Assembly (NCBI GenBank): GCA_030141605.1
Contig: JAQGDQ010001280.1
Coordinates: 1 to 49,798, forward strand
Reading direction: 5' to 3'
Source: Tubiluchus corallicola
Lineage: Eukaryota > Animalia > Priapulida
DNA length: 49,798 nucleotides
Part shown: piece by piece, positions 1-15,909 of the stretch
Layout: the number at the start of each line of letters is the position of its first letter
How positions within the stretch are numbered: the stretch's first letter is position 1
Notes under the pieces: generated by a model
The model's input: the letters and a program-made list of their open reading frames with translations, nothing else
Told to the model about the DNA's origin: nothing
Databases searched by the model: none
Program-made: the position numbers and the translations under genes

Positions 1-289
1 TTTCCTTTCATTTTCGATTTTCCTTTAAATTAATTTCTTTTCAGATTTTACTGATGTGTGAGAGAAATTTCATAGTTCATGGAGTATGTGTAAATCTTGT
101 AGAACTATGGTTTCTGAAGATGCACACATGTACGGTAATTTGAAGCAAAACTTAGGCCTAATTCATACACGACATATTGTGCAACATCAGCAGACATAAC
201 CAACGTAATCACTGCGCTTTTGTTAAATCAAAACTTCCGTGTTTAAAGACCGTTTCGCTTTGCGCTCGAGAGAAAATGGCGTCTTTTAA

Positions 290-745
290 CCCTTTCAGTC
301 CCAAATTATTTTTTTAATAAAAAAATCTTTAGGCTTGGTACTTTTGTTCAGTATGTCCATCTTGTTTACACATAAAAATTATTTTTTCTACCTGTGCCCG
401 TGTGCTAAATATAGCCTGTATCCCACGGGATACATTGGGATTCAATGGAAGCATAAAATGTGCTTCATTTGGCAACTGCTGATAATTTTTTAAAGTATTT
501 AAGACATCTAGTATGCCTGCTATGCTGATCTGTACAAAGTCGTCTCTAAAGTACTGTACCTTGCGCAGTTTTTTATGCTATGTAGATTTCTCAGTTTGCC
601 ATTTTATCACCATTTTTAGTCTATTGTTATTGGCTTAAATCAAAATAACTATTAACAGATCAAATAACTGTCAGTTTTAAAATTTGATTAATTTTAAAGG
701 CAGAAGATATTCTCGTATCCCACGGATACAACGGGTATGAAAGGG
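290..745. mobile_element. piggyBac-like non-autonomous element (MITE), copy 1
   Basis: TTAA|CCCTTTCAGTCCC ... GGGTATGAAAGGG|TTAA: CCC/GGG termini, imperfect 13-bp TIR and TTAA duplication. A second copy starts at 24244. Confidence 0.85.
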
Positions 746-1575
746 TTAAGGAACTTGTTATTTTATCGAAGTGACACAGTTAAATTTAATGATATGATTT
801 TCCTACTGTTGGTAATAAAAATATTTGAATGGTCACGCAAGCAAGATGGCGTCCTTCAAACGTGTAACCGTAACAACATAATTTATGGTTTTAGAAATTT
901 TATTATTTGATCAACTGAGTGATGAACACAATGCAAAATTTGAGGTCACCCAATAAAATTGTAAGTTTGCAAACAATCTTATTGTTGCTCACTGCCAAGA
1001 TACGTAACAAAGGAGATCGTTCAACCACCAGGCAAGCTGAAAAGTGTTCAGCCAGGCATAAGAACAAGCAGGTGTTCTGTTTGACGATACCCATTACCTG
1101 TATTCATATACCCCAGCATGCGTTTATCAATTGCAAACAACAGATTGAGCTACAAAAGTTTATCTAATTACGAAAAACAGTAAAAATACGCTCTGTTTAC
1201 ATGAGGTAATAATGCACCTGCAACTAGTTTAATTATTAGTTCTAGGCGAAACGTGCACGCCATATTTGTCGTAAACAAAGAGGCTTTTGACCGCCATACG
1301 AAGTAAGAGTATGATTCGTAATCTGTGAAAGGGGGCCTCGGGTACCCCAGTGAGAGAAGACCTGTATGGTCAAGCAAAATTAGTGAAAGGATATTATCGA
1401 ATTAGCTACGTTTAAGACTTCTTATTAAACAGGGTCATTAAAACGTAGAACAAAAGGTTGCTTTATTTAACTAATGTAGGTCAACGCTCATCCTAAGTGC
1501 ACCAAAACTTTCACCAAATACCTGGTGAATTGACACAGCAGATTTCAAGCCTTTTTAGCTATTTACACATATACA

Positions 1576-2383
<808 letters not shown>

Positions 2384-2918
2384 AGTTTTTTATCTTTTCT
2401 GCTGATGTTACAGCAGTAATTCTAGGCCTAACAAAGTTAAAGGAAAACCGTATGATTGTTTAGACTCAATCTCATTTTAATTTGCTGTCCAAAATATACA
2501 TTTTTTTGCATAAAAAAGTTAGCAATTGTTTCTTAAATTATTTTTTTCTTCAAATGGGAAGGTGATGAACCACATCATTTACTCTGGAACATCTTAATAT
2601 TTTAGGGTATATACTTAATATGTACTTAATATGTACTATACATAAAATTGAAATGATGCAATTTTTGGTGTTAAAATGCATATCGACCTGTACATACGTA
2701 TATACGGTATATTGATTATTATCGATAATAATGAGTGAAAACAGGGGGTGCTGCAGTTCCACAGTACCTATATACAAGCCGCTACAGCTTCGCCCGTAAG
2801 ATACGTTCAGTCTAAAACTGCCTGTTGTCTTATTTAGATGTGATCTATGTACACTGAATAAAGCTTCGCCCACGAATTGGATCTAATGTCATTCTAAAAT
2901 ACTAGACCACTTATTGAA

Positions 2919-3440
2919 GTTAAAGGAAGACCGGACGATTGTTTAGACTCAATCTCATTTTAATTCACTGTCCAAAATATACATTTTCTTGCCTATAAAA
3001 GCTAGCAATTGTTTCTTATATTTGAGTAATTAGCTAAGAAAGTTAATTAACGGCAACCGAACACAGCTATTGCTTACGTCAGAAGCTAACCACAGTTTGT
3101 GCAATGGTAGGCATCTTCCCTTATGCGTCAAGCACGTTTGCGCAAGTGTTACAGTACTGCTTAAACGCGTGATGCCAAGAAAATGGGCTCTATGCAATAT
3201 GACGTCAGAAACTAACACAGCAGTTCATGGTTATCACGGTACCGCCTTCTGTTTGTCGCCCACGCGCATGTAACAAAAAGGCGCCGCTGCCAATCTTAGT
3301 AGATTCACTGAGCCGCGCGTAGCTTTGAAAGTTCAACGAAATTCGAGTATCGGAGGTAATTATTATTTAATCTAAGTTTTGATTTAAGAAAGCTATTGTA
3401 GTTTTCAATATTTTAGAGCATACTTTATTGTGAACTAAAA
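2919..3440. repeat. Dispersed repeat of about 0.5 kb, with another copy at 32077-32545 and a partial copy at 2436-2535
   Basis: Shared GAAGACCGGACGATTG.TTAGACTCAATCT ... TGAACTAA. Confidence 0.75.
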
Positions 3441-3654
3441 TTAAGCAAAAATTAAGATCGTAATTGAGAATTGTTCGTACTGGGCGTTCCATTAAAGCTG
3501 CTCTGCAGAAAGCTAAAAGAGAAGAGTAGTGGGGCGTAATTATGCGTTGAGGGCCCGTTGACATTGATACCGTGAATATATTTTACATTAATTAATCTTT
3601 TTTATTACCATAAGTTAGACAGAACTATTGAGCTACGTAATATCGTTAGTTATT

Positions 3655-4250
3655 ACTACGTAATATCGTACTACCAATCATTGAAGCACACAGAGAATAT
3701 TTTACTCTGCTTTTTATATTTAAATACATTAACAACATCAGCAAACCATTCCAGAATAACAGATTTACCTTTTTTCCAAATCCTATCGTTAATTCCAGAA
3801 CAAGCAATCTAAAACAAATTAGGCCAAATACCCACCATGGAACGAACTCTGTAATCAAGCAAGCAATTCTACTTTGGAATTCTCTATCATTACAGGTTAA
3901 ACAAATCAAGTCCCTATCAGCATTTAAAACAAAATTAAAATCACTAATATTAACCAGATATGAAATACCGTCACACCAGCACGACAACATACACACTAAT
4001 TCAGAATTCATATACCCACGGCCATATTAATTAAATCATATTTTTTTCATTTTTTGTGCATAGTTGTAAATATGTTTGATTTTATTCGTCGTTACTTTCC
4101 ATTACTGCACAGTAGTTTAGACTGCACTGACTCATTTGCCTTCAGCAGTGTAAGTTTTTATTAACTAACACTGATTGATTATCTCTGTAAAGTTTTTATC
4201 AGTGATTATCAATGTTTTAATGGCAAATAAAGATTATTATATATATAATA
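3655..4250 (+). mobile_element. LINE (L2/CR1 group) 3' fragment
   Basis: Translates as ...AILLWNSLSLQVKQIKSLSAFKTKLKSLI, a typical ORF2 C-terminus, followed by AATAAA and an AT tail near 4226. Confidence 0.7.
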
Positions 4251-4632
4251 CCTATTTATATAACCACAGTAGTATGTTTATTAAACCACTGAGCAAAACA
4301 ACTTACAAAAGACAAAGAAAAACGACTCGAAAACATTATACATCTGAACAAAGAAACCACATGTAAGAGGTATAATGATTCAAGCACAAAAACGCATACA
4401 ACAGAGCAACATACATATATATATATATATCATAAACTTAATATTACACGTATTACAGTTAATCAGGCGTGAATTAGCAATAAAGCATCTCACCTTCCTA
4501 GCCCCCAAACAGCTGTATTGTGGGACAACCAGTATATATATAATTAGTGGGCCAGCTCAGCAAAAAACAAATAATTATTTTAAAATGTAAACAGTGAAAA
4601 ACTGTTTGCCTTCCAACTTTTAATAGTAACAG

Positions 4633-4945
4633 TCTCAATAACTACACATGTTGTGGATATTTAATATAAGAACTGTAGTCTTTCTTTAAATATAAATAAA
4701 TGTCCTTGTAGACGGACAAAGAAAAGATAAAAGGAAATAGTATTTTTTAAGACATTGAGTTGTGAGTATTGTGATACACACAACTGGTCAAAATTAATAC
4801 TAGCGAAAAACCCCGCAAAAAAGTGCGAAATTAATATATAGATCACTTCAACTGCAACTGCTACTCCGCTTATGAATGCGCTTACATTTCAACCGCTTGT
4901 GGTGTCTTGGCTCAAGAAAGGGAAAGTTCACTAACTGTTTGTGGC
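4633..4945. repeat. Direct repeat of about 310 bp, second copy at 6872-7181
   Basis: Near-identical sequence that gives duplicate ORFs MIYILISHFFAG... Confidence 0.85.
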
Positions 4946-5877
4946 ATGTTAACGTAGTGTTATCTTTATCTGTTTATCTCAATATGAAATTGGTTTTATT
5001 GAAATTGATTTAATATTAAAAACGGTTTACAAGTGTACTTATAACTTTAATTAATTGCCAATTAATATTTTTAAACGTTTTGATTTATTTTATCATGGTT
5101 GCCATTAAAAATAAAGATACTAGTACTGCTTGTAACTTAAAGTCTTAGAAACAACATGTGTGATATTAATGTCGATAAATAAAAAAATAATCGAATAAAA
5201 CAAACACCAAACATTGTAATATTGGATGGCGGATTACTAAAGTAAGTTTCACGGGAAAAAATTAGACGAAAACTAAAAAAATGACTATTCACAGATAGCA
5301 TAAGTTAACTTTATGCATTTTCGGCAATTCTCTGGAATTTTTTTGTTATGTTTTGTTACACTACTATTACTACCACTACTACATCGAGCCTTAATGGTCT
5401 GTTCAACCATTTATTAGACGAGAAAAATCAAAGGAACCACGAAATTAAAACGAAACAGAACAGCTTTGTGGACTTCCTCATTAAGTTGGACTAAATTAGT
5501 GGACATTGACCAGAATACGAATGTCAACTCAAGGACGCCTGCAAGCTGTGAAGTCATTTTGACGCTGATATTGAAGTATGCGTGGAATTCAAATTGTGCA
5601 CTGGCCCGAAGGTCCTAGCCCGCCCGCTTTCATTCGGCATTAATAATGATTAAGTAACCCGTAGATAAGCCTTTCATTATGGGTCTCAATGGTAATTAAT
5701 GGCTAGGTTTGATTAAAACGAACTTTAGTGAACCGTGTGCCATTAATCTGGTACTTGGTAGTTACGTGTGCAAATATGAAAAATAAATAAAGACCGTATG
5801 TAGAATTTTCACATTTATCAAACTGTAACCTACTTGAAACACAGCAAAACACTCTTCTTATAATACACCTTATTAGT

Positions 5878-6420
<543 letters not shown>

Positions 6421-8283
6421 TTTTCTTTTATTATTGTTATTATAATTCTTTATTTTTAAAAACTATGTCCAGAATACGTTCCCTCTATTGGTAGGGATAT
6501 GTTTAAAATTTTTAAAAGCATTTACAACGTATTAAACCTATTCTCATATACATATATAATTCAGAATACAACGCATGAGACACATTGAACGACATCGATC
6601 ATATACAATAGACATAGTTACAAATTATAATCCAACACCACATACGTACATAATAAAAGATAACGAACATATTTTAATACTTAGTAACAAAAATTTACAC
6701 ACATTCTTTACACCTTAAGAAATTCGTCTTGAAATTTTTTTATCACTTACAAACTGTTTTATTGCATACAGAGTTTGCGTTTGCAGTAAAGCTGCTTAAA
6801 TTTGTAATTTTAAACTTCCGCGATGACAATTTAGGTGCGGCCTAAATCGCCTAGGTATATTTAGGTAACATTCTCAATAACTACACATGTTGCGTATATT
6901 TAATATAAGAACGTAGTCGTTCTTTAAATATAATTAAATGTCCTTGTAGATGGACAAAGAAAAGATAAAAGGAAATATTATTTAAGTCATTGAGTTGTGA
7001 GTATTGTGATACACACAACTGGTCAAAATTAATACTAGCGAAAAACCCCGCAAAAAAGTGCGAAATTAATATATAGATCACTTCAACTGCAACTGCTACT
7101 CCGCTTATGAATGCGCTTGCATTTCAACCGCTTGTGGTGTCTTGGCTCAAGAAAGGGAAAGTTCACTAACTGTTTGTGGCAACTAACTGGTCAACATTAA
7201 TACTAGCCGAAAACCCCGCAAAACTTGCGAAATTAATATATAGATAAATTCAACGTATTTAGATGTTTTACAGCGGCAAGACTCACTTAACGTTGGTGAT
7301 TGTGGCAAGACGGGGGGGGATGCAGCTCTTAATATAACCCTCAAAGATGAAGCAACTGAACTGGCAGAAGTAGCTTAGTCATGTTCAGATGAAAATCAAT
7401 GAGGTGAACAACCAGAATCGGCACGGCAAATGAAACCTGCCACAGCAAGCATTGAGTGCAGGCGATCACGAACTAGCTCGCTGACTAGCCTCGACGCCAT
7501 AGTCTCGGCGCCTTCTAAACTTCTTTCGCCACGCACGACGCGTGACCACTGGGCTATTCCGCTCACCTTCATTATAAAAATAATTTAAAATGCTCAAAAG
7601 TGTAAACTCTGCTTACAGTGATAGCAGCCAAGGATAAATCTAGTTTAAGCAGGACTTTATAATAAAATTATTCATAGGGCCTAATTGTTATTAAAAAATT
7701 AAACAAGTGCCAGTCTTTTTCGAATGTGCATTAATGTAAATGAGAAGTAAATCAAAATTTGCAAAAAAAAATATGTGAAACAATTGATGTTGCTAACCAA
7801 TAATCATTTTTAATTAATTAGTTAATCAGTATTAATTAATATACAAAAATCAATATGCGTGAGATAGGTACAAGTCTACGAGAACACACTGATTATGTAT
7901 TGTCTTATGTATGTATGTATTGTATTAAGCCTGCAGACATCGATGAGAAAATTTTCACCGATTTTTAGTTTTTTCTGTTCCTTTTCTTTCTTTCTTTTTG
8001 TCTCTTTCTGTAAGTCTGTTTCCTCCTTTCTGTACTGTATATTTTTCTTTTTTATGTGCATTAGACACATGTACAAAACTTATCGATAATTCTTGTTACA
8101 TGTAAACCAATTATGACATGGAATATGTGGAAATTTTTCTGAAAAATGGACGGTATCTTCATTTGACTGGAACTGCAACACTAAACATTCAATCACTGAA
8201 CACCTGTGGGTCTGATTTTTGCAGCTAGAGGGCCTTCATATAAATATTTTTTAAATACTTGTTTTAAAGTGGAAAATAATGAA

Positions 8284-8515
8284 CATCATCATCATCATCA
8301 TCATCAGCATCATCATTTCATCATCGTCATGATCATCATGATCATGATGATGATGATGATGATGACCACCATCACCATCATCGCCATCGTCATCATCATG
8401 ATCATGATCATCATCATCATCATCATCATCGTCATCATCATGATCATCATCACCGTCATCGTCATCATCATCATTATCATCATCATCATTATCGTTGTTG
8501 TCGTTGTCATCATCG
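8284..8515. repeat. (CAT)n microsatellite
   Basis: Read directly from the sequence. Confidence 0.95.
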
Positions 8516-8662
8516 TTTGAGGCTTGACAATGGCTGTTTCAGTCCAAGTATGAATAGATAAAGTTAACCCATATCAACTATCTAATCCAAAAATAAATAT
8601 AATAATAATAATAATAATATATATACAAATAAATAAATATATAAACAATAATAATCACTTAC

Positions 8663-8836
8663 CGGCCGCCAGGGTTTAAGAGACGAATCGTTCGAAAACG
8701 ACGAAAACTCCCGATAGGTAGTGCTGCCTCCGTAACCGCTGCAACCCGTACTTCCTCCATAGCCGCTACTTCCGGAAGACCAAACGCTGCAGACCCTCCC
8801 GGTAAATTTTTCGATCAGTCCCGGCGATGACGACAT
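8663..8836 (-). CDS. Candidate first coding exon of an unidentified spliced gene (58 codons, G/S-rich)
   Basis: ATG at 8836 in a CpG-rich patch. The ORF MSSSPGLIEKF...LKPWRP ends at a consensus donor CCG|GTAAGT (phase 0), after which the sequence turns AT-rich. Confidence 0.35.
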
Positions 8837-9584
8837 ACTTGCTGCTTCTCTGTAAATTACGATTTTTCAAAACGGCGCAGAAAAAAACGACTAAATTTGC
8901 TGTCTACAGATGTCTTCGCAATCGTTATTTGCAACCGACGAAAGGGAATATTCCTGCCACTCGGTAACCAGGCAGGATAGCTGAAACTACCAAAGCACAT
9001 GCAGTAACCTATAAACTCGATTACTCTCCGTTTCAAGACGAAAAATGCTATAGGAAAAAGTAACCTATGATTGTAAAAGTCTCCAGCGGAATCGAACCTG
9101 CGTCTCCTGGACTCTCAAAACTTTTGAATAGGTCGATTCACTCTGCCGACAAAGGTGCTGAGTTACTGGCTGAAGTATTAGGAAGTTATGCCATGTGCTA
9201 CAGAACTGAAGGCGTAAAAGTGCAGCTGTTCGTGTTAGCATAGTTAATTGCAACTACTCAAGCACAGCAGCAAACCCAAGTTTGCACTAGTAAAACTTTT
9301 AGCATTTCACATTATTTGAGCTGTTAATATTCGAGATGAAAAGTAACCCCACCTGCGGCTCGGTTTTGTTCACACGCGAAAGCAAACTTAAACTTTTGAG
9401 GAATTTAACTCGTTTATTTTACCCAATTTCTGAACCGTTGGCCAACTTCCTTGACGAACGAGGCCGTTTGCGTCTATTTTTGCTTTGATAATTTTGTTTA
9501 AAAAAGAAAAAGTCAAAACTATGAACCAGTTTAGAGAAACAGTGAACTAAGATGTAAAAAGTTGTTCTTATCAATTCAAAATCC

Positions 9585-10165
9585 TAATAATAAAATCCAC
9601 AATCTATTGCCAAATGTTCTAACTTACATATACAGTACTTACCACCATATGAAATACCCCTTAATAAAGATGCAGAACAGAGAGATTCAAGAACAGTTGT
9701 ATTTCTCATGGCTTACTTTTACAAAAAAGAAAACTAGAAAAAAAAAGAAAAAAAATAAAAGTCAAAACTATGTGATCGAATGAACCAGTTTAGACAAACA
9801 ATGAAAAAAGATGCAAAAAGTTGTTCTCATCAATTCAAAATCGCGGGAGTTTAAATTATGTTTTATACAGTGTTACTGCCGACGCAAGCCTTGTATGCAA
9901 AAAGGCAGTATGTAAGTGGTCTAAAATTCCAAGACGAATTTTTTTAAGTTTTATGTAAGTGGAGGGTTTGCTTGTGCTCTAAAACAGCCGATGCATCAGT
10001 AAATTTAAAAGTGGAAAAACGAAAAACACGAAATTGAAGTTAATCTTCGTGCTCTGGGTGTAATTTGCACATATATAGCACCCCCCCCCCGACTATGTGA
10101 AATACCCCTTACCTAGATGCAGAACAGAGAGATTCAAGAACAGTTTTATCCCATATGGCTTACTT
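9585..10165 (+). mobile_element. Two short LINE 3'-end fragments (9585-9720 and 10096-10165)
   Basis: The second reads KYPLPRCRTERFKNSFIPYGL, an RT-x-RFKNSF-x-P ORF2 C-terminal motif. The first is a degenerate copy. Confidence 0.5.
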
Positions 10166-11409
10166 AATTTCCAAACTTAAGTTTTGACTAATTTCATTTT
10201 AATTTATTTCATTCATGTAGGGGAGACAGGGGTAAAATGGATCACTTAAGGGTATTCTCTCATAGAGTTCAAGACGTTTGATCTGTAGCAATCAATTACA
10301 TGTCCTGTTCTTCCGTAGGAAACTCTGCTGTATTCGTGTGGTAAAAACTTATAATTACTAATACTCGTTTAATAGATAATTCTACATATTACCTGTCTCG
10401 TAACAGTGTAATAGTCTTGCTTATTCTTTTTAAAAGTTTTATTGCAATTTTATGCTGTACTGTAATTCAACTTTTTGGTTGCAATGATGATAAATAAACT
10501 ACAAAGGCTTTACCAAGTGAGGACAAAGATTTTCTAAAATGGATCTACAGTGGTGTTTGAAAAGCAAAGAGTTCTAGCAGGCTGCTCAGAATTTTGCCAA
10601 AATTACTTTTTGGGTAAAAACTTGTTAAAAACGACCAAAAACATGTAAGAAAAAAATCAAAAAGAGAGAGAAGAGAATATGTAAAAGATGCGTAGTTTCG
10701 TTGTAACGATTCCTGTGAACAACTGACAAAAAATCAATAAATTTTGCTTTGCCACCTCTGTGTTTGCAGGCAGGTTTTAAAGTTTAATTTCAATTTTAAA
10801 ATACAAAGAGAAAATAGGTTACTTACACTTGATACTGCATTAAATCTATCATGTTTTCACAAGTATTAACGAAATTAATTAATAATCACCAACACTTAAT
10901 TGATCAAGCACGCGTGAATTATTTAAATGCGCATTCACACAGCAAGATTACGAAACTGTAGTGCGAAATACCTGTAATAACTGCTCCTCCGTGGACGCAA
11001 TAAAAATCTAACCCCTTTTCTGACTGCCAATCACGTAATACCGCTACGATTTTATGATGCTTGAACTCTTACATAACACTGTTCCGCAAGTTTTGTAATG
11101 CCTCGTTCACACTGCACGGATCCGCGGCCGCTAAGACGACGGGATTTCTTCAACTGAAGTGCCTTTGCAAACAGTTTGTACACAAATGAGCTATAGCAAC
11201 AGACGTTTGTGGGACGCTCTATGGTCTATGCAAACAAACACGAGTGGATATTTCTTTGTTTAGATTTTTTGTGTGCGAGGAACAGGTGATTTATGCAACA
11301 CAGCGGATGCAGACTAATGTTAGCCCATGTATGTAGTTAAGTCGGTCACCTAAGCTGTCATTAACCCGTGTGGGTACCGAACGCACGTCTTTTGTGCCCA
11401 ACGTTAGTT

Positions 11410-12012
11410 AGTATAAACATAATTTATTCTAGGATTGGATCAGACGGTTTGAACAACATGATTTAGGATCCTCACCACAACAGACTTTATACACTATTTA
11501 CAAAAACATTTACAGTAAGAATTGACTATAACTACACAAGCTGATAAGTTTTACTACAAGATTACATTAGACATTAATAACATTTACAGTAAGAATAGAC
11601 TATAACTACACAAGCGGACAAGTTTTACTACAAGATTACATTAGTCATTAGTAACATTTACAGTAAGAATAGACTATAACTACACAAGCTGACAAGTTTT
11701 ACTACAAAATTACATTAGACATTAGTAACATTTAAAGTAAAAATAGACTATAACTACACAAGCTGACAAGTTTTACTACAAGATTACATCAGACATTAGT
11801 AGAAAATGACGGTTAGAAAATATTAATGTACGAATATTTAAGACTGATGCATTTCATATCAGATAGAAACTACTGGAAGCGTTTAGTACGTAATATAAAG
11901 TCATGTACGCATTGAAATATTTTACAGTTAGTAACATGGTTAAATTCATCTTTTCCGAATAATAACAACTTCAACAGATCATTAGTTCCCAAGGCAGCCA
12001 TACTAAGGTTTT
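11410..12012 (-). mobile_element. LINE 3' end (same family as 19235-19855) with a 4 x 74-bp tandem expansion in the 3' UTR (11505-11800)
   Basis: The ORF end ...HDFILRTKRFQ is shared with 19491-19808. Repeat unit starts are 11505, 11579, 11653 and 11727. Confidence 0.75.
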
Positions 12013-12203
12013 CGACGTTGCACAACGTTGCACAGTATATGATTGCAAATTTGTGTTGCATGCATCTGAACTGCTACGCGCATTTTTTAAGTTTTTCTTT
12101 GAACGATACTTTGTAGAAAAGGCATGTAAATAAACGATTTTCGTTTTTGACTATCGGTTTCAGTTCATAGTTCATATTATCGTAATAAAAAATAAAATTT
12201 GCC

Positions 12204-12315
12204 TGTTGTTGTTGTTGTTGTTGTCGTTGTTGTCATCGTTGTTGTTACTGCTGCTGTTGTCGTCGTCATTGTTGTTTGTCGTTGTCGTTGCTGTTGTTGT
12301 TGCTGTTGTTGTTGC

Positions 12316-12361
<46 letters not shown>

Positions 12362-12537
12362 GCTGTTGTTGTTGTCTGTCGTTGTTGTTACTGCTGCTGT
12401 TGTCGTCGTCATTGTTGTTGTTTGTCGTCGTCGTTGTTGTTGTTGCTGTTGTTGTTGTTTGTTGTTGATGTCATCGTCGTCGTTGTTGTCTTCGTTGTTG
12501 TTACTGCTGCTGTTGTCATCGTCGTCGTTGTTGTCAT
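12204..12537. repeat. (GTT)n microsatellite
   Basis: Read directly from the sequence. Confidence 0.95.
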
Positions 12538-13527
12538 CAAGTATTCTTAATAGGAGAAAGATTAAAATGCTTCATTTACGGTTTCTTTTTCTTGTTAACA
12601 GATGACGCCAGGCCTTTTTATTTTATCACAAAGTACAGTAACACTGTTATTTGTCTGTTTACTAGTGTAACACTGCTGCTTGTCTGTTTACTAGTACAAG
12701 TGGCACCATCTACCGATGTCAATACTGAACTAACAGTACTAGTGTGTTTTAAAATGCCTGTTAAAAAAATTTAACTAATGGTTTCAATGCAAAGGTCTCA
12801 AACAGTACAAGGATTAAGTTTGTACAAGATTTGTCATAACAACTCCTTTGTCGTACACGTTAGACTGTGCTACTGCTATTTGTGTTAAGGGTGCTATGTT
12901 CGAGCCGCGTAATTTTCATTTTTATTCAGTGACCCCAAAATTTTGATGTTTTTCCATAAGCAACAGGACCACGACTATAATTATACTTAACTAATTCGCA
13001 GTTGTATTTGCACAATAGGTGAAATCTTAGAACTTTTGACGCTTTTGAAAATGAAAAACTGTCACTATTCTTATGTATGAATAGAGTGATGTATAATTAC
13101 AATGATGAATGAGGGTGAACTATATGACAGAGCGCCACCTGTTCAAAGCTAATATTATTTTAATATAAAACAAATAATGCAGAAAGAGAGAGTGTTGAAT
13201 AATTTATAACGTCGGCGTGTATTATATAAAGTAGTTCAGCCCGAGGCGGAATGAGACACTTATTAATGACGTACTGCTCACTTCTAACGGTGACCTGCAT
13301 TGGCAGAAAAGTAGAACTCAGCAAGATTTCGTACCGCCACATTGCCTAGAGCACCTGCCGGGTGCTGATGCAATAATGGTGTAACTTCATAAGCGTTTGG
13401 TGTAATAAAACGTGTAGTTTTCTGGTAACCTGTCATTAGCTGTTGAAAATAATAAAGTTTGAATGGCGGAAGTTTCGTCGTAAAGGCCGCCATTGCTGTT
13501 TATTGTGCATACAGAACAGAGCGCTTT

Positions 13528-14220
<693 letters not shown>

Positions 14221-14832
14221 CAAGTTACTTTTTTTGCAAGCTTGAATTTTGGCATGCGCATATACACCATCATATTTCATTTTATAGACATTTTATAGTG
14301 AGAGTTGATACACTGATACACTTTGAAATAACCATCTTACTGAGATGAAAAAAGCCACCAAAAATAGTTAAACCTATCGTGAATTTTTCAGCACCACGTG
14401 TAAACGTGTCTGCAGAATGAACGAGGCACTGCTGCTTTTTAATACAAAATAAAACGTCACATAAAGGGTCAAATGGGTGCAGCTTTTGTGATTCGTAATC
14501 TGCCATGAGTATCAGTAAACTATTTCTCAACATTTTCATAAGCCTTTTCACCCAGGGCAGTATGTTCAGTACGTTCACACGACGGGGAGTGAATTTTAAT
14601 TGCCGGGGTTATAATATCTATAATTTCTAAAAGCGTTAAACAAATTTCGAAAAAGTTCAACAAATGTTGTGGCAAACTTTAAAATATTCGAATTCTTGAA
14701 GTCAAACGCAAACATTTGCCTTTGTTGTAGTTGAGTGGGCAAATAATTCCGTTTCCGTTGACCTACACTGGATATATGTTCACAATAAGGTTAAAACATC
14801 AAAGTTTCTTTGCTGGTAAAAAGTATGCGATG

Positions 14833-15003
14833 GTTACTAATGTCTAATGTAATCTTGTAGTAAAACTTGTCAGCTTGTGTAGTTATAGTCTATTCTTACT
14901 GTAAATGTTTTTGTAAATAGTGTATAAAGTCTATCTTGGTGAGGATCCTAAATCATGTTGTTCAAACTGTCTGATCCAATCCTATGAAAAATTATGTTTA
15001 AAC
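14833..15003 (+). mobile_element. Third, inverted short copy of the same LINE 3' UTR
   Basis: Reverse complement of about 11415-11580 (GGTGAGGATCCTAAATCATGTTGTTCAAAC). Confidence 0.75.
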
Positions 15004-15229
15004 AAAACTAACCAATGTACAGTTAGTACAAACTCTGTGTTCAAGACGACAGCAGGAAGTGACATAAAATTTCACAATGAATTTTTAAACTTGTGCGAAT
15101 GTTTTCTAGTGGTTTATGTCGTGTCTAGTCTACTGTGGTTTAAGGAGTGCTCAACTGCTCGTACTTTCCTGATTATCGTAATGGTACCATCTCTCCCCCC
15201 TCTCTCTTTCTCCCCCCTCTCTCTCTCTC

Positions 15230-15279
<50 letters not shown>

Positions 15280-15659
15280 TCTCTCTCTCTAGTGGTTTAT
15301 GTCTTGTCTAGTCTACTGTGGCTTAAGGAGTGCTCAAATGCTTGTAATTGCTAGATTATCGTAAAGGCACCATCTTGTCTAACATCATTTCCAAGTGGAT
15401 GAGAACACTTATTAATGCAATGACTAGCCACGTCGCTCAATTCATTCTTGATAAAATCTCAACAAGGTTAATTATAACACTCAAAGGTGTTATTTCAGCA
15501 GATTGAGAAGAATGATTCTCGATTGTGTGTCGTGATAGTTTAAGCTTTTGATATTATGAGTTGAAATAACATGGCCGCCCTACTTACCTGAATATACATA
15601 ATCTATTTAGAGAGATACGAAGATCGAGGAGGAGAATGAGAGGGAGGGAGGGGGAGAGA

Positions 15660-15909
<250 letters not shown>

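Noticed and set aside
9075-9160. tRNA gene (minus-strand GGTTCGATTCC B-box; similar isolated boxes near 7550 and 16483)
   Set aside because: No cloverleaf could be built. At most these are tRNA-SINE remnants.
10217-10700. Possible pogo/Tc1 remnant (GTAGGGAGACAGGGGTAAAATGG)
   Set aside because: No partner TIR and no readable transposase were found.
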